A stretch of DNA of 64,000 bases from an uncultured Candidatus Saccharibacteria bacterium (GCA_964450805.1 CAYVDD010000001.1:70595-134594); one strand, 5' to 3'; shown: positions 53,396-62,629, numbered from the stretch's first letter. Made by a program: numbers and translations. Notes: a model not told the origin generated them from the letters alone.

Positions 53396-55549
53396 GAATG
53401 CTTTTATGAGTTTTTCTGCTTGAGAATAGTTTTTAATCCAGTTAATTGTTTTGTCTTTTTTAAACCAGGTCATCTGGCGTTTAGTAAATTGTATTGTATG
53501 TTTTTTTATATCCTTTTTAATCTCTTCTTTGTTTTTATTTTCAAGCCATTCAGAATAGCCAATGGTTTGAAGCAGGGGGGAAGTTCCATATTTTTTTGTT
53601 AATTTCCTGACTTCTTTTTCAAGTCCAAGTTCAAACATCTTGTCAGTTCTTTTTGAAATTCTTTTTTCTAATTCTTTTTTCGGTAATTTTATTCCAATTT
53701 GCAGAATATCAAAAAGAGAAGCTTGTTTTTTTCTTTGAATCCAGAATGGTTTTTTTGTAATTCTACAAACCTCAATTGCCCGCACTAATCTTCTTTTATT
53801 ATTTTTGTCAATTAATTCAGCGCCTTTGGAGTCTAATTTTTTGTAAATTTTAAATAATTCTTTAGTATTTTTTTTCTCTAATTGCTTCCTTAACTTTTTA
53901 TTTGGTTTTACTTTTGGAAAATCAACATTATCAACAATTGATTTTATGTATAAACCTGTTCCTCCAACTAAAAATGGTAATTTCCCTTTTTTATAAATTT
54001 TTTCTATTGTTTTAATTGCTTTTTCTTTGTAGAGCGCCACATTAAAATCTTTATTTAGAGCAAGAAAATCAATTAAATGATGGGGAACTGCTTTCATTTC
54101 TTTTTTGGTTGGTTTAGCAGTTCCAATAGCCATTTCTTTATAAATTTGCCTTGAGTCAGCTGAAACAATTTCTCCATTAAATTTTTTCGCCAATTTAATA
54201 GCTAAATTTGTTTTGCCAGTTGCAGTGGGTCCTAAAATTACAATCAGTTTTGGTTTACTGAGAATTCCTTCAAGCCCCCAAGATAAATCTTTTGTAATTT
54301 TTACTTTTATTATTTTACCTGTTAAACTCTTATTCTCGCTCTGTATTTTTACTGTTTTATAGGTTCTGGTTTTTCCAAACAAGAACCTTTTTTCATGTTT
54401 ATTTATCAATACTTTAACTTCTTTTCCAACATATTTTTTATTGTTTTCTAAAGCAGTTTTTTCAAGAATTTTTGTTAAAACAAGCCATCTGATATGCTTT
54501 TCTTTTTTGGAAATGTTGTCTTTTAATCCTAATGCCTTTGTGTGAGGCCTGGGAGAATATTTGGCAATATATGCCATATCAAATTTCATTTCTTTGAATA
54601 ATTTAACTGTGTTCTGGAACTGGCTTTTAGTTTCAGATGGAAAACCAACAATAACATCAGTAGACAAATTAATGTCAGGGATTTTTTTTCTTATTTTTTT
54701 AACTAAATCTTTATAGTTTTTTACTGTATAACTGCGGTTCATCTCTTTTAAAATTTTATTATCTCCGGATTGAACTGGAAGATTGAGATATTCTGTTACT
54801 TTTTTAAGTTTAGCCATTGTATTAATTAATTCGTTTGAAAAATCTTTGGGATTTGGAGATGTGAATCTTATCCAGAAATCAGCATTGATATTATTAATCA
54901 TTTCTAAAAGCTTTGAAAAGGTTATTTTAGAATTGGCAGGGGATTTATAGTCATTAACATTCTGGCCTAAAAGCCAGATCTCTTTAATATTATTTTTAAC
55001 TGCTTTTTTTACTTCATTTATTATTTCTTTGTGATCTCTGCAGATTAAAGGACCGCGAGTAAAAGGAACTATACAATAAGCACAGGAGTTATTGCAACCA
55101 GATGATATTGGAATTAAAGCTGAAAAGTTACTAATTCGTTTTGGTTGTATTTTAAAATATTGGTTATCTTGTCTTAGCAAGGGTGGCCATAATTCTGATA
55201 AAAATCCAGCTTCAAAATACTTTGGCCATTGAGGTAAGCTTTTAATATTTAAGACCAAATCAAATATTTTAATAAATTTTTTATGGTCTTTTTTTGAAAT
55301 ACAGCCAGTTAAAATTGTTTTTAACTGCTTGTTTTTTTTCTTTAGTTTTTGAAGCTTTAGACTAAGTCCATGGATTCTGTTTACTGCTGATTGTCTTACT
55401 GAACACATGTTAACCACTATCAAATCAGCTTTATTCTTGTTTAAAGCTTGTTCATAGCCTTGGCTTTGTAGTAAATGAGCAATTCGTTCTGAATCAGATA
55501 TGTTTAGCTGACAGCCGTAAGTTAAGATAAAGTATTTTTTAGTAATCAT
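53390..55549 (-). CDS. fusion protein: MiaB (tRNA-i6A37 methylthiotransferase) + MiaA (tRNA dimethylallyltransferase)
   Basis: aa 1-~433: TYGCQLNISDSE, radical-SAM CNNSCAYC, and a TRAM domain. aa ~434-719: ILGPTATGKT...SADSRQIYKEMAIGTAKPT...VPHHLID...GGTGLY. One uninterrupted ORF of 719 aa. Confidence 0.88.
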   Translation of the reverse strand: MITKKYFILTYGCQLNISDSERIAHLLQSQGYEQALNKNKADLIVVNMCSVRQSAVNRIHGLSLKLQKLKKKNKQLKTILTGCISKKDHKKFIKIFDLVLNIKSLPQWPKYFEAGFLSELWPPLLRQDNQYFKIQPKRISNFSALIPISSGCNNSCAYCIVPFTRGPLICRDHKEIINEVKKAVKNNIKEIWLLGQNVNDYKSPANSKITFSKLLEMINNINADFWIRFTSPNPKDFSNELINTMAKLKKVTEYLNLPVQSGDNKILKEMNRSYTVKNYKDLVKKIRKKIPDINLSTDVIVGFPSETKSQFQNTVKLFKEMKFDMAYIAKYSPRPHTKALGLKDNISKKEKHIRWLVLTKILEKTALENNKKYVGKEVKVLINKHEKRFLFGKTRTYKTVKIQSENKSLTGKIIKVKITKDLSWGLEGILSKPKLIVILGPTATGKTNLAIKLAKKFNGEIVSADSRQIYKEMAIGTAKPTKKEMKAVPHHLIDFLALNKDFNVALYKEKAIKTIEKIYKKGKLPFLVGGTGLYIKSIVDNVDFPKVKPNKKLRKQLEKKNTKELFKIYKKLDSKGAELIDKNNKRRLVRAIEVCRITKKPFWIQRKKQASLFDILQIGIKLPKKELEKRISKRTDKMFELGLEKEVRKLTKKYGTSPLLQTIGYSEWLENKNKEEIKKDIKKHTIQFTKRQMTWFKKDKTINWIKNYSQAEKLIKAFL

Positions 55550-55565
55550 ATTCTTTGTATAACAT

Positions 55566-55589
55566 AAAAACAGCCTTATTCAAGGCTGT
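55566..55589 (-). terminator. intrinsic terminator after the secreted-protein gene
   Basis: ACAGCCTT-attc-AAGGCTGT, with a T-run on the minus strand. Confidence 0.75.
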
Positions 55590-55605
55590 TCTTACTTTGT
55601 CTGAT

Positions 55606-57393
55606 TTATTGATTAGCTTCTGATGATTGTAGTTTTAACTGTATCTGTTGTTGCCAGGTCGCTTTCAAATTAGTGGCGCATGCAGATACTTTTTCCCATC
55701 CTGTTGGTACATCACAGGGAGTGGGGAATTCCTTACATTCTCCTGTTCTTGGGTTTTTTGCTGGAGTGATGACCTGAATGCACACTTCAGGCTCTGCGCA
55801 TGTTGGGATTACGCATTTGTTGTTAACACATTTTGAGACTGTTCCCGGACAGCGGGATAAAGGGCAGTCAGCATCTTCAAAGCATTCATATGAGGTTCCA
55901 GGCTGTTTGCAGTAGCTGTATGATTTGCTTACTCTTACTTCTTCCAGGCCTGCACAACAGAGCTGTTCAGTTGAGCCGAGCAAGGGATTTCTGTTGACTT
56001 TTTCTCCTTCTTTAACACAAGCCAGTTCAGTTTTACATTCCCCTCTGTATGAAACCTCTATTCCTGCTTTTTTTGCCAAACAGATATTTCTGTAAGTCTT
56101 ATTATCTTTGCCACATACTGGAGAATCAGCGTTTGTGCAGATAAGCTCAGTTATCGTACTTACGGTTGACTGGAACCCGGCTCTTATTTCTATAATTCTG
56201 ATTGCATTCTGGGTAAGAGACAGAGCTGACGTTGCTTGAGCGTATGCTTTGGTATAATTCTTCTCGTCAAAATATCGTTTAGCCAAGGTCAATTGTTCTT
56301 CAGCCTGCTCTATTAACCTGAACACTTCTGGCATTTCTGTGTTTGTAGTGTCTTTTTGAATAACAAGATTTTTAGCTTTTTCCAAAGCAGCTGCTGCTTT
56401 GTCAATTTGGTCCTGAGCCTTTTGTTTTGTTATTGTATTCTCGTATCTGTTTTCTATTCTCTGGACCTGTTTCTCTCTTGCCTGTTCAACCACAGCCTGC
56501 AGTTTTTCTGAGAGCTCTGTTCCTTCAAGAGCATTTAAAATGTTTAGCTGTTTGACTTCATTGCCGCTGATTTTTTCAACATATTCCTGGAAATTTTTTT
56601 GTTTTTCTTCAGGAAGGTTCTCCAATGTTTCCCTTAAGGTATTGAGAACTGCTTCTTTTGTTTCCTCAACTTTCTGTTGTACTTCTTCAGGAAGTTTTTC
56701 TTTAAGGCTTTCAAGCAATTCAAGATTCTTGAATTCTTTGAAATCGCTTCCTTTTATTTCCTTCAAATTCTTTTCCAGCCTTTCAGTAATTTTTTCTTTG
56801 GCTTCAAGCTTCTGCATTACTTCTCCGAACTGTTCCAGGTGTTGTTCTCTTGTTTCTAGTATTTTTGCATAAACTTCTTCAGAAACCTGTTCTTCAAGTT
56901 TCTGAAGAATTGTCTGGTGAAGGACTTGATGCTGGGTATATTTGTCCAGGAACTTTCCTACTTCTTCATTTTCCTGGGCAGTGGCTCTTATTCTTTCTGC
57001 AAATGTTTTTACTGTCTTAACTTCATCTTCATAATTTTCAATAGCACTTTGTATTGCTTGGGTGCTTTTTTTTCTTTCAATCATTGCTTTCAATTCTATT
57101 AGTTTTTCATTACTGAACTTTTCTTTTAACTCTGTTTTTGCTACTGGATCAAAAGTAAAAAATGACTGAATATTTCTTCCCAGGTTTTTGAAAAAATAGA
57201 ATGGGCTGTCGGGCAAAATTGTTGGGGAGCTCACCCCTAGATCAGCTGGCTGGATGTTTTCATCTAAATCTATGTATTGCTGGGCTTCCTCAGAGATTGT
57301 GATTGATTCATCTTGAGCACTGACAAGACCAGCCGTCATTACCAAAGAAAAAATTACCAGACTAATAATTGAATATTTAGTTAATTTTAACAT
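55606..57393 (-). CDS. secreted coiled-coil protein with C-terminal Cys-rich region including a Kazal-like domain
   Basis: Signal peptide MLKLTKYSIISLVIFSLVMTAGLVSAQ, then PDSPFYFFKNLGRNIQ and a long E/K/Q helical region. aa 419-453 read CTNADSPVCGKDNKTYRNICLAKKAGIEVSYRGEC. Confidence 0.8.
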   Translation of the reverse strand: MLKLTKYSIISLVIFSLVMTAGLVSAQDESITISEEAQQYIDLDENIQPADLGVSSPTILPDSPFYFFKNLGRNIQSFFTFDPVAKTELKEKFSNEKLIELKAMIERKKSTQAIQSAIENYEDEVKTVKTFAERIRATAQENEEVGKFLDKYTQHQVLHQTILQKLEEQVSEEVYAKILETREQHLEQFGEVMQKLEAKEKITERLEKNLKEIKGSDFKEFKNLELLESLKEKLPEEVQQKVEETKEAVLNTLRETLENLPEEKQKNFQEYVEKISGNEVKQLNILNALEGTELSEKLQAVVEQAREKQVQRIENRYENTITKQKAQDQIDKAAAALEKAKNLVIQKDTTNTEMPEVFRLIEQAEEQLTLAKRYFDEKNYTKAYAQATSALSLTQNAIRIIEIRAGFQSTVSTITELICTNADSPVCGKDNKTYRNICLAKKAGIEVSYRGECKTELACVKEGEKVNRNPLLGSTEQLCCAGLEEVRVSKSYSYCKQPGTSYECFEDADCPLSRCPGTVSKCVNNKCVIPTCAEPEVCIQVITPAKNPRTGECKEFPTPCDVPTGWEKVSACATNLKATWQQQIQLKLQSSEANQ

Positions 57394-57466
57394 GATTGAG
57401 AACTGTAAACAGATAAAATAGAATTAAACCAAATAATGTTAGTTTAATCTGTTAAACCTGTTTAGG

Positions 57467-59254
57467 CTAAATATATTTTTCAATTTCTATTTTTGCTTTT
57501 TTAATGAATGCTGTCAATTTAATTTTCCCCAAATCTTTTCCTTTTTTTCTGATTCTGACAGACCTTGATTTCAACTCCTCATCTCCAACAACCAATAAGT
57601 AGGGGATTTTCTGAATTTCACCATTCCTTATCTTTTTTGAAACAGTTTCATTTTCATTTTTGAGAACATATCTGAAATTATTCTCATTCAGTTTTTCAGC
57701 AATTTGTTTGGCATACTTGTTGTGCTTGCCTGAGACTGGAATTACCCACATTTGTTCAGGCGCAAGCCATAAAGGAAATAATCCTTTGTAGTGTTCAATT
57801 AAAAGGCCAATGAATCTTTCATATGATCCAAAGAGAGCTCTGTGCAGCATGTAAGGTTCTTCTTTTTCTCCTTTTTTATTTATGAAGCTCATGTTAAATC
57901 TTTTTGGCAGATTAAAATCAAACTGCAGAGTAGAGCACTGCCATTCTCTTCCAATAGAATCTTCAACTTTAAAATCAAGCTTTGGTCCGTAAAAAGCTGC
58001 CTCACCTTGTTCTCTGATGCACTTGAGTTTTTTCTCTTTTACAATTTCTTCCAGAACTTTTTGGCTGAAATTCCATCCTTTGTCATCGCCAATATATTTT
58101 TCTTTATTCTTTGGATCCCTTAGGGATAAATAAATGTTGTATTTTTTAAATCCAAAAGATTTGAATATGTAGACAATGAAATCAATAACCCTTTTTAATT
58201 CTGCTTTAACCTGGTCTTTGGTGCAGATAATATGTGCATCATCAATAGTAAATCCTCTTACCCTTGTTAGTCCAAACAATTCTCCTGATTTTTCATATCT
58301 GTAAACAGTTCCTGATTCAGCCCATTTAAGAGGAAGTTCTTTGTAGCTTCTGATTTTTGAATTGTATACCAGAACATGAAAAGGGCAGTTCATTGGCTTT
58401 AAAATGTATTCTTCTTTGATTTTGGGTTTTGCTCCTTTTTTTGCTTCAGCCAAGCTTTGAGTTACTTCCAAGGGGGGATACATGCTGTCTGCGTAGAAAT
58501 CCCAGTGTCCTGATTTTTCCCATAGTTTTTTGTTCCCAATGTGGGGAGCTCTTAACAACTGGTATCCTTTTTTTAAATGCTCATTGTTCCAGAAATCTTC
58601 AATAATTTTAAACATTAAAGCTCCTTTAGGCTGCCAGATAGGAAGGCCTAACCCTGCCAAAGGGTCAATAATGAATAATTCCATGTCTTTTCCAATTTTC
58701 CTGTGGTCTCTTTTTTTGGCTTCCTCTGAGGATTTAAGGTGTTCTTGTAATTCTTTTTCAGTTTTAAAGGCAGTTCCATATATTCTGGTCAGCATTTTAT
58801 TCTTTTCATTACCGCGCCAGTAAGCTCCAGCTACTGACAAGAGCTTGAAAGCTTTTATTTCCTTGGTTGATTTAACATGAGGGCCACTGCACAAATCAAC
58901 AAACTCATCTCCTGTTCTATAAATCACTGCTTTTTCTTTTCTTTGTTTTATTTCATCCAGCCATTCTTGTTTATAGGGATTATTTGGAAAGAGTTTTCTG
59001 GCCTGTGATACTTTTAAAACCTCTTTTTTAAAAGGCAAATCTTTTTTAATAATTTTCTGCATTTCTTTTTCAATCTTCGGAAAATCCTTCTCACTTATTG
59101 TTTTACTGTAATCAAAATCAAAATAAAAACCATCTTCAGTGGCAGGCCCCATTGCCATTTTAAGACCAGGGTAAAGTTTTATCATTGCCTGGGTTAGAAT
59201 ATGTTCAGCGCTGTGACGCATTGCTTTTAAATTGTTGTTTTCTTTTTTAGCCAT
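57467..59254 (-). CDS. thrS: threonyl-tRNA synthetase lacking the N-terminal TGS domain
   Basis: Starts at the editing-domain motif MRHSAEHIL. Class II core FGLTRVRGFTIDDAHI and an anticodon-binding domain follow. 595 aa. Confidence 0.94.
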   Translation of the reverse strand: MAKKENNNLKAMRHSAEHILTQAMIKLYPGLKMAMGPATEDGFYFDFDYSKTISEKDFPKIEKEMQKIIKKDLPFKKEVLKVSQARKLFPNNPYKQEWLDEIKQRKEKAVIYRTGDEFVDLCSGPHVKSTKEIKAFKLLSVAGAYWRGNEKNKMLTRIYGTAFKTEKELQEHLKSSEEAKKRDHRKIGKDMELFIIDPLAGLGLPIWQPKGALMFKIIEDFWNNEHLKKGYQLLRAPHIGNKKLWEKSGHWDFYADSMYPPLEVTQSLAEAKKGAKPKIKEEYILKPMNCPFHVLVYNSKIRSYKELPLKWAESGTVYRYEKSGELFGLTRVRGFTIDDAHIICTKDQVKAELKRVIDFIVYIFKSFGFKKYNIYLSLRDPKNKEKYIGDDKGWNFSQKVLEEIVKEKKLKCIREQGEAAFYGPKLDFKVEDSIGREWQCSTLQFDFNLPKRFNMSFINKKGEKEEPYMLHRALFGSYERFIGLLIEHYKGLFPLWLAPEQMWVIPVSGKHNKYAKQIAEKLNENNFRYVLKNENETVSKKIRNGEIQKIPYLLVVGDEELKSRSVRIRKKGKDLGKIKLTAFIKKAKIEIEKYI

Positions 59255-59304
59255 ATTATTTTTTACCTTAATATTTTATTATATTTTTTTTTAACATATT
59301 AAAC

Positions 59305-59366
59305 AAAAAACCTCTTTTTCTAGAGGCTAATTCTTAAGCAATTGAAAGGCTTTAAGATTTAGCCTC
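59305..59366 (-). promoter_or_regulatory. antiterminator/terminator switch of a putative thrS attenuator
   Basis: GAGGCTAAaTCTTAA (59366-59352) pairs with TTAAGAaTTAGCCTC (59337-59323). This competes with the terminator CCTCT-agaaaa-AGAGG + T6 (59326-59305). Confidence 0.6.
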
Positions 59367-59414
59367 CTAAAAAGAAGTTGTAGTAGAAGTTGTTGTAGAA
59401 TTATTAAAATTCAT
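59367..59414 (-). CDS. putative thrS leader peptide MNFNNSTTTSTTTSF
   Basis: ATG AAT TTT AAT AAT TCT ACA ACA ACT TCT ACT ACA ACT TCT TTT TAG. Six of 15 codons are Thr, and the stop codon abuts the antiterminator 5' arm. Confidence 0.55.
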   Translation of the reverse strand: MNFNNSTTTSTTTSF

Positions 59415-59423
59415 TGTATTTTT

Positions 59424-59452
59424 ACTTTAAGATTTTTTAAAAACCTTGTCAA
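59424..59452 (-). promoter_or_regulatory. sigma70-type promoter for the thrS leader
   Basis: On the minus strand: TTGACA (59452-59447), 17 nt, TAAAGT (59429-59424). The ATG lies 9 nt downstream. Confidence 0.5.
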
Positions 59453-59455
59453 TGA

Positions 59456-62400
59456 TTATGCTTCAAGGATTTCTTCAATATCCTCGCAGATTAATTTTGG
59501 AGTAGCACTTCTGTTGCTAATTTTTCCAGAGACAAAGACTATTTTGTTTTCTTTAAATAATGTTGGTTTTTTTTCAATCATTGATGGAAATACTACTACT
59601 TCAATTCTGTCAGATAAATCTTCCAGAGTCATAAAAAGCATTGGTTTGCCAGTTTTAGTAATAATTTTCTTAATTTTGGAAATTATGCCTCCTATTTTTA
59701 CATTCCTGCGCGACAGGGAAGCATCAAGATTTGCTATCTGAACAGATTTTTTTTCTAAAATAGCCTTATAGTCTTCTAATGGATGAGAACTGACAAAGAG
59801 ACCTAAAAGCTCTTTTTCCCAGCTTAATTTTTGGCTTTTTTTTGCTGGTTCTACATTTTCAAAACGAATTTTAACTTCTGCCGCTGTTTGTGTTCCGTCA
59901 AAAAGCCCAATCTGGCCATTTGACCTTATTTTTTGATTTTCTTTGTTCCAGCTTAAAAGTTTTTCTAAATTGTGGAGAAGCTGATTTCTTTCTGTAAACT
60001 TATCAAAAACCCCTGCCTTAATAAGACTTTCCAGAGACTTTTTATTCAAATCTTTTGAGTTTATTCTTGAAATAAAATCATTAATTGACTGAAAAGGCCC
60101 ATTATTTTTTCTCTCATCAACAATTGTATTAACAATACCTTCGCCTACATTTTTTATTGCAAATAATCCAAAGCGCATTTGTTTTTTGTGGGGAATTACG
60201 CTGAAGTTTCTCCAGCTTTCATTAATATCAGGAGGCAATACTTCAATTTCCATTTTCCTGCACTCATCAATCAAAAACCCAATCCTTTCTACGTCTGCTT
60301 TTTCTGAAGTTAAAAGAGCTGACATAAATTCAACTGGATAGTGCGTTTTTAAATATGCTGTTTGATAAGCGATCATAGAATAGGCACAACTATGACTTTT
60401 ATTAAATCCGTAACGGGCAAAAGGCAGAATCCATTCCCAGATTTTTCTGGCAATATTGTCTTCTATTCCATTGTTTTTCATTCCTTCAATAAGTTTTTGT
60501 TTTTGCTCCAGTAATAGTTTTTTAATTTTTTTACCAACAGCTTTTCTTAAAACATCTGCCTCTGGCAGGCTGAAACCAGCTAACTTTTGAGCAATCAGCA
60601 TTAGACTTTCTTGAAAAACTAATAAACCATAGGTTTCCTTTAAAATTTCTTTTAATTTAGGGTGTAAATATTCAATCTCACTTTTCCCTTTTTTCCTGGC
60701 AATATATTCAGGGATTAAAGAAATAGGACCAGGCCTGTAAAGTGCAAGCATAGTAATAATGTCTTCAAACTGATCAGGTTTTAATTGCTTTAAATATCTT
60801 TGAAAACCTGCTGATTCTAATTGAAACACTCCGACTGTTTTTCCTTTTTGCAGTAATTTATAAGTTTGCCTGTCATTTAAAGGAAGATTTTCAATATCAA
60901 TCTTTTTTTTGTGTATTGCATAAATTCTAGCCAGTGTATCTTCAATGATTGTTAGGTTCTTTAATCCCAAAAAGTCCATTTTTAATAATCCCAAATCTTC
61001 AACAGAATGCATTTCATATTGAGTAACAATATTATTATCATTTTGAGTAGGGTGCTGCAAAGGAACAACATTATCCAGTGGCTTGGCTGAAATTACTATT
61101 CCACAAGCATGGGTAGAAGCATGGCGCGCTACTCCTTCTAATTTTTTAGCTAAATTAATCAGTTTCTCAGCTTTAGAATCTGTTTCATAAAGTTGGCGGA
61201 ATTCAGGGATTTTTGCCAGAGTTTCGTCCAGATTATGTCCAAAAGGAATCATTTTTGCAATCTGGTCGCAGTAGCTGTAAGTATAGTTAAGAGCTCTGCC
61301 AACGTCTCTTATAACAGCGCGTGCTGCCATTGTTCCAAAAGTAATTATTTGAGCAACTCTATCTTTGCCGTATTTTTCAGATACATATTCAATAACTTCA
61401 TCTCTTCTTCTGTCAGTAAAGTCCAGATCAATATCAGGCAGTTCGTTTCTTCCAACATTTAAAAAACGTTCAAAAAGAAGGTTATATTTTAATGGATCAA
61501 TACTGGTAATATTTAAGACATAAGACACTAAAGAGCCTGCTACGCTTCCTCTGCCAGGACCCACCACAATTCTTTTTTCTTTTGCCCAGTTCACAAAATC
61601 CTGGACAATTAAAAAATATGATGAGAAACCCATTTTTTCTATCATCTCCAGTTCATAATTCAATCTATCCACAATCTCTTTTTTAACCAAAGGACCATAT
61701 TTCTTTTTTAGCCCTTGTTTGCAAAGTTTTTTTAGATACTGATGAGGGGTTTCATTGTTTGGTGTTTGGAATTTAGGAAGTTTAATTTCACCAAATTTAA
61801 ATTCAAAATTGCACTGCTCAGCTATTTTTAAAGTATTTTCAATGGCTTCTGGAATATCTTTAAACTCTTCTATCATTTGCTCTGGTTTTGTTAAAGAAAA
61901 GTCATCAGCTTTTATTGTTAAGCGTTCAGGATCATTAGGGTCAGCGCCAGTATTGATAAGCATTAGAGTGTCCTGAGCATCAGCATCCTCTGGTTTTAAA
62001 TAATGTGAATCATTTGTTGCTACTAATGGAATCTTTAATTCTTTTGAAAAAGAAATTAGAGCTTCGTTTACTTTTTTTTGTTCTTCAATATTTGGATGAT
62101 TCTGAACTTCTAAATAAAAATTATTACTGCCAAATATCTTTTTGTATTTTAAGGCTGTTTGTTTTGCTTCTTTAATTTTATTTTGTAAAATCAATTGAGG
62201 AATTTTTCCATTTAAACATGCTGATAGTCCAATTAGTCCTTCTGAGTGTTTTGCCAACAGCTCTTCATCAATTCTTGGCTTGTAATAAAACCCTTGTAAA
62301 TGAGCCTTTGTCAGTAATTTAACCAGATTTTTATATCCTATTTCATTTTTAACTAAAAGAACTAAGTGATAGATTTTGTTATCAATATGTGCTCTTTTCT

Positions 62401-62629
62401 GATGCATGTCTTCATAGGCAATGTATGCTTCACAACCAATAATTGGTTTTATTTCTTTTTTCTTTGCTTTTTTAAAAAATTCAACTGCACCATAAAGCAC
62501 GCCATGGTCAGTTAAAGCAATAGAATCCATGCCTAATTTTTTTGCATAATCCAAAAGCTCATCTATTTTTGGTAGACCATCTAAAAGAGAGTAGTGGCTA
62601 TGGACGTGTAGATGAACAAATTTTGACAT
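59456..62629 (-). CDS. dnaE: DNA polymerase III alpha subunit
   Basis: PHP domain FVHLHVHSHYSLLDG, the polymerase core, and an OB fold; 1057 aa. Confidence 0.95.
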   Translation of the reverse strand: MSKFVHLHVHSHYSLLDGLPKIDELLDYAKKLGMDSIALTDHGVLYGAVEFFKKAKKKEIKPIIGCEAYIAYEDMHQKRAHIDNKIYHLVLLVKNEIGYKNLVKLLTKAHLQGFYYKPRIDEELLAKHSEGLIGLSACLNGKIPQLILQNKIKEAKQTALKYKKIFGSNNFYLEVQNHPNIEEQKKVNEALISFSKELKIPLVATNDSHYLKPEDADAQDTLMLINTGADPNDPERLTIKADDFSLTKPEQMIEEFKDIPEAIENTLKIAEQCNFEFKFGEIKLPKFQTPNNETPHQYLKKLCKQGLKKKYGPLVKKEIVDRLNYELEMIEKMGFSSYFLIVQDFVNWAKEKRIVVGPGRGSVAGSLVSYVLNITSIDPLKYNLLFERFLNVGRNELPDIDLDFTDRRRDEVIEYVSEKYGKDRVAQIITFGTMAARAVIRDVGRALNYTYSYCDQIAKMIPFGHNLDETLAKIPEFRQLYETDSKAEKLINLAKKLEGVARHASTHACGIVISAKPLDNVVPLQHPTQNDNNIVTQYEMHSVEDLGLLKMDFLGLKNLTIIEDTLARIYAIHKKKIDIENLPLNDRQTYKLLQKGKTVGVFQLESAGFQRYLKQLKPDQFEDIITMLALYRPGPISLIPEYIARKKGKSEIEYLHPKLKEILKETYGLLVFQESLMLIAQKLAGFSLPEADVLRKAVGKKIKKLLLEQKQKLIEGMKNNGIEDNIARKIWEWILPFARYGFNKSHSCAYSMIAYQTAYLKTHYPVEFMSALLTSEKADVERIGFLIDECRKMEIEVLPPDINESWRNFSVIPHKKQMRFGLFAIKNVGEGIVNTIVDERKNNGPFQSINDFISRINSKDLNKKSLESLIKAGVFDKFTERNQLLHNLEKLLSWNKENQKIRSNGQIGLFDGTQTAAEVKIRFENVEPAKKSQKLSWEKELLGLFVSSHPLEDYKAILEKKSVQIANLDASLSRRNVKIGGIISKIKKIITKTGKPMLFMTLEDLSDRIEVVVFPSMIEKKPTLFKENKIVFVSGKISNRSATPKLICEDIEEILEA

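Noticed and set aside
55648-57102. Plus-strand ORFs (55648-55836, 56540-56872, 56677-56859, 56917-57102) opposite the secreted coiled-coil gene.
   Set aside because: They are antisense artefacts of a repetitive E/K/Q-rich gene, with low-complexity S/F/L-rich translations.
59375-59400. The tandem 12-nt repeat GAAGTTGTAGTA/GAAGTTGTTGTA, considered as a CRISPR-like or VNTR element.
   Set aside because: There are only about 2.2 copies and no spacers. On the minus strand it is explained as the two Thr-codon runs of the thrS leader ORF. No CRISPR array exists anywhere in the window.
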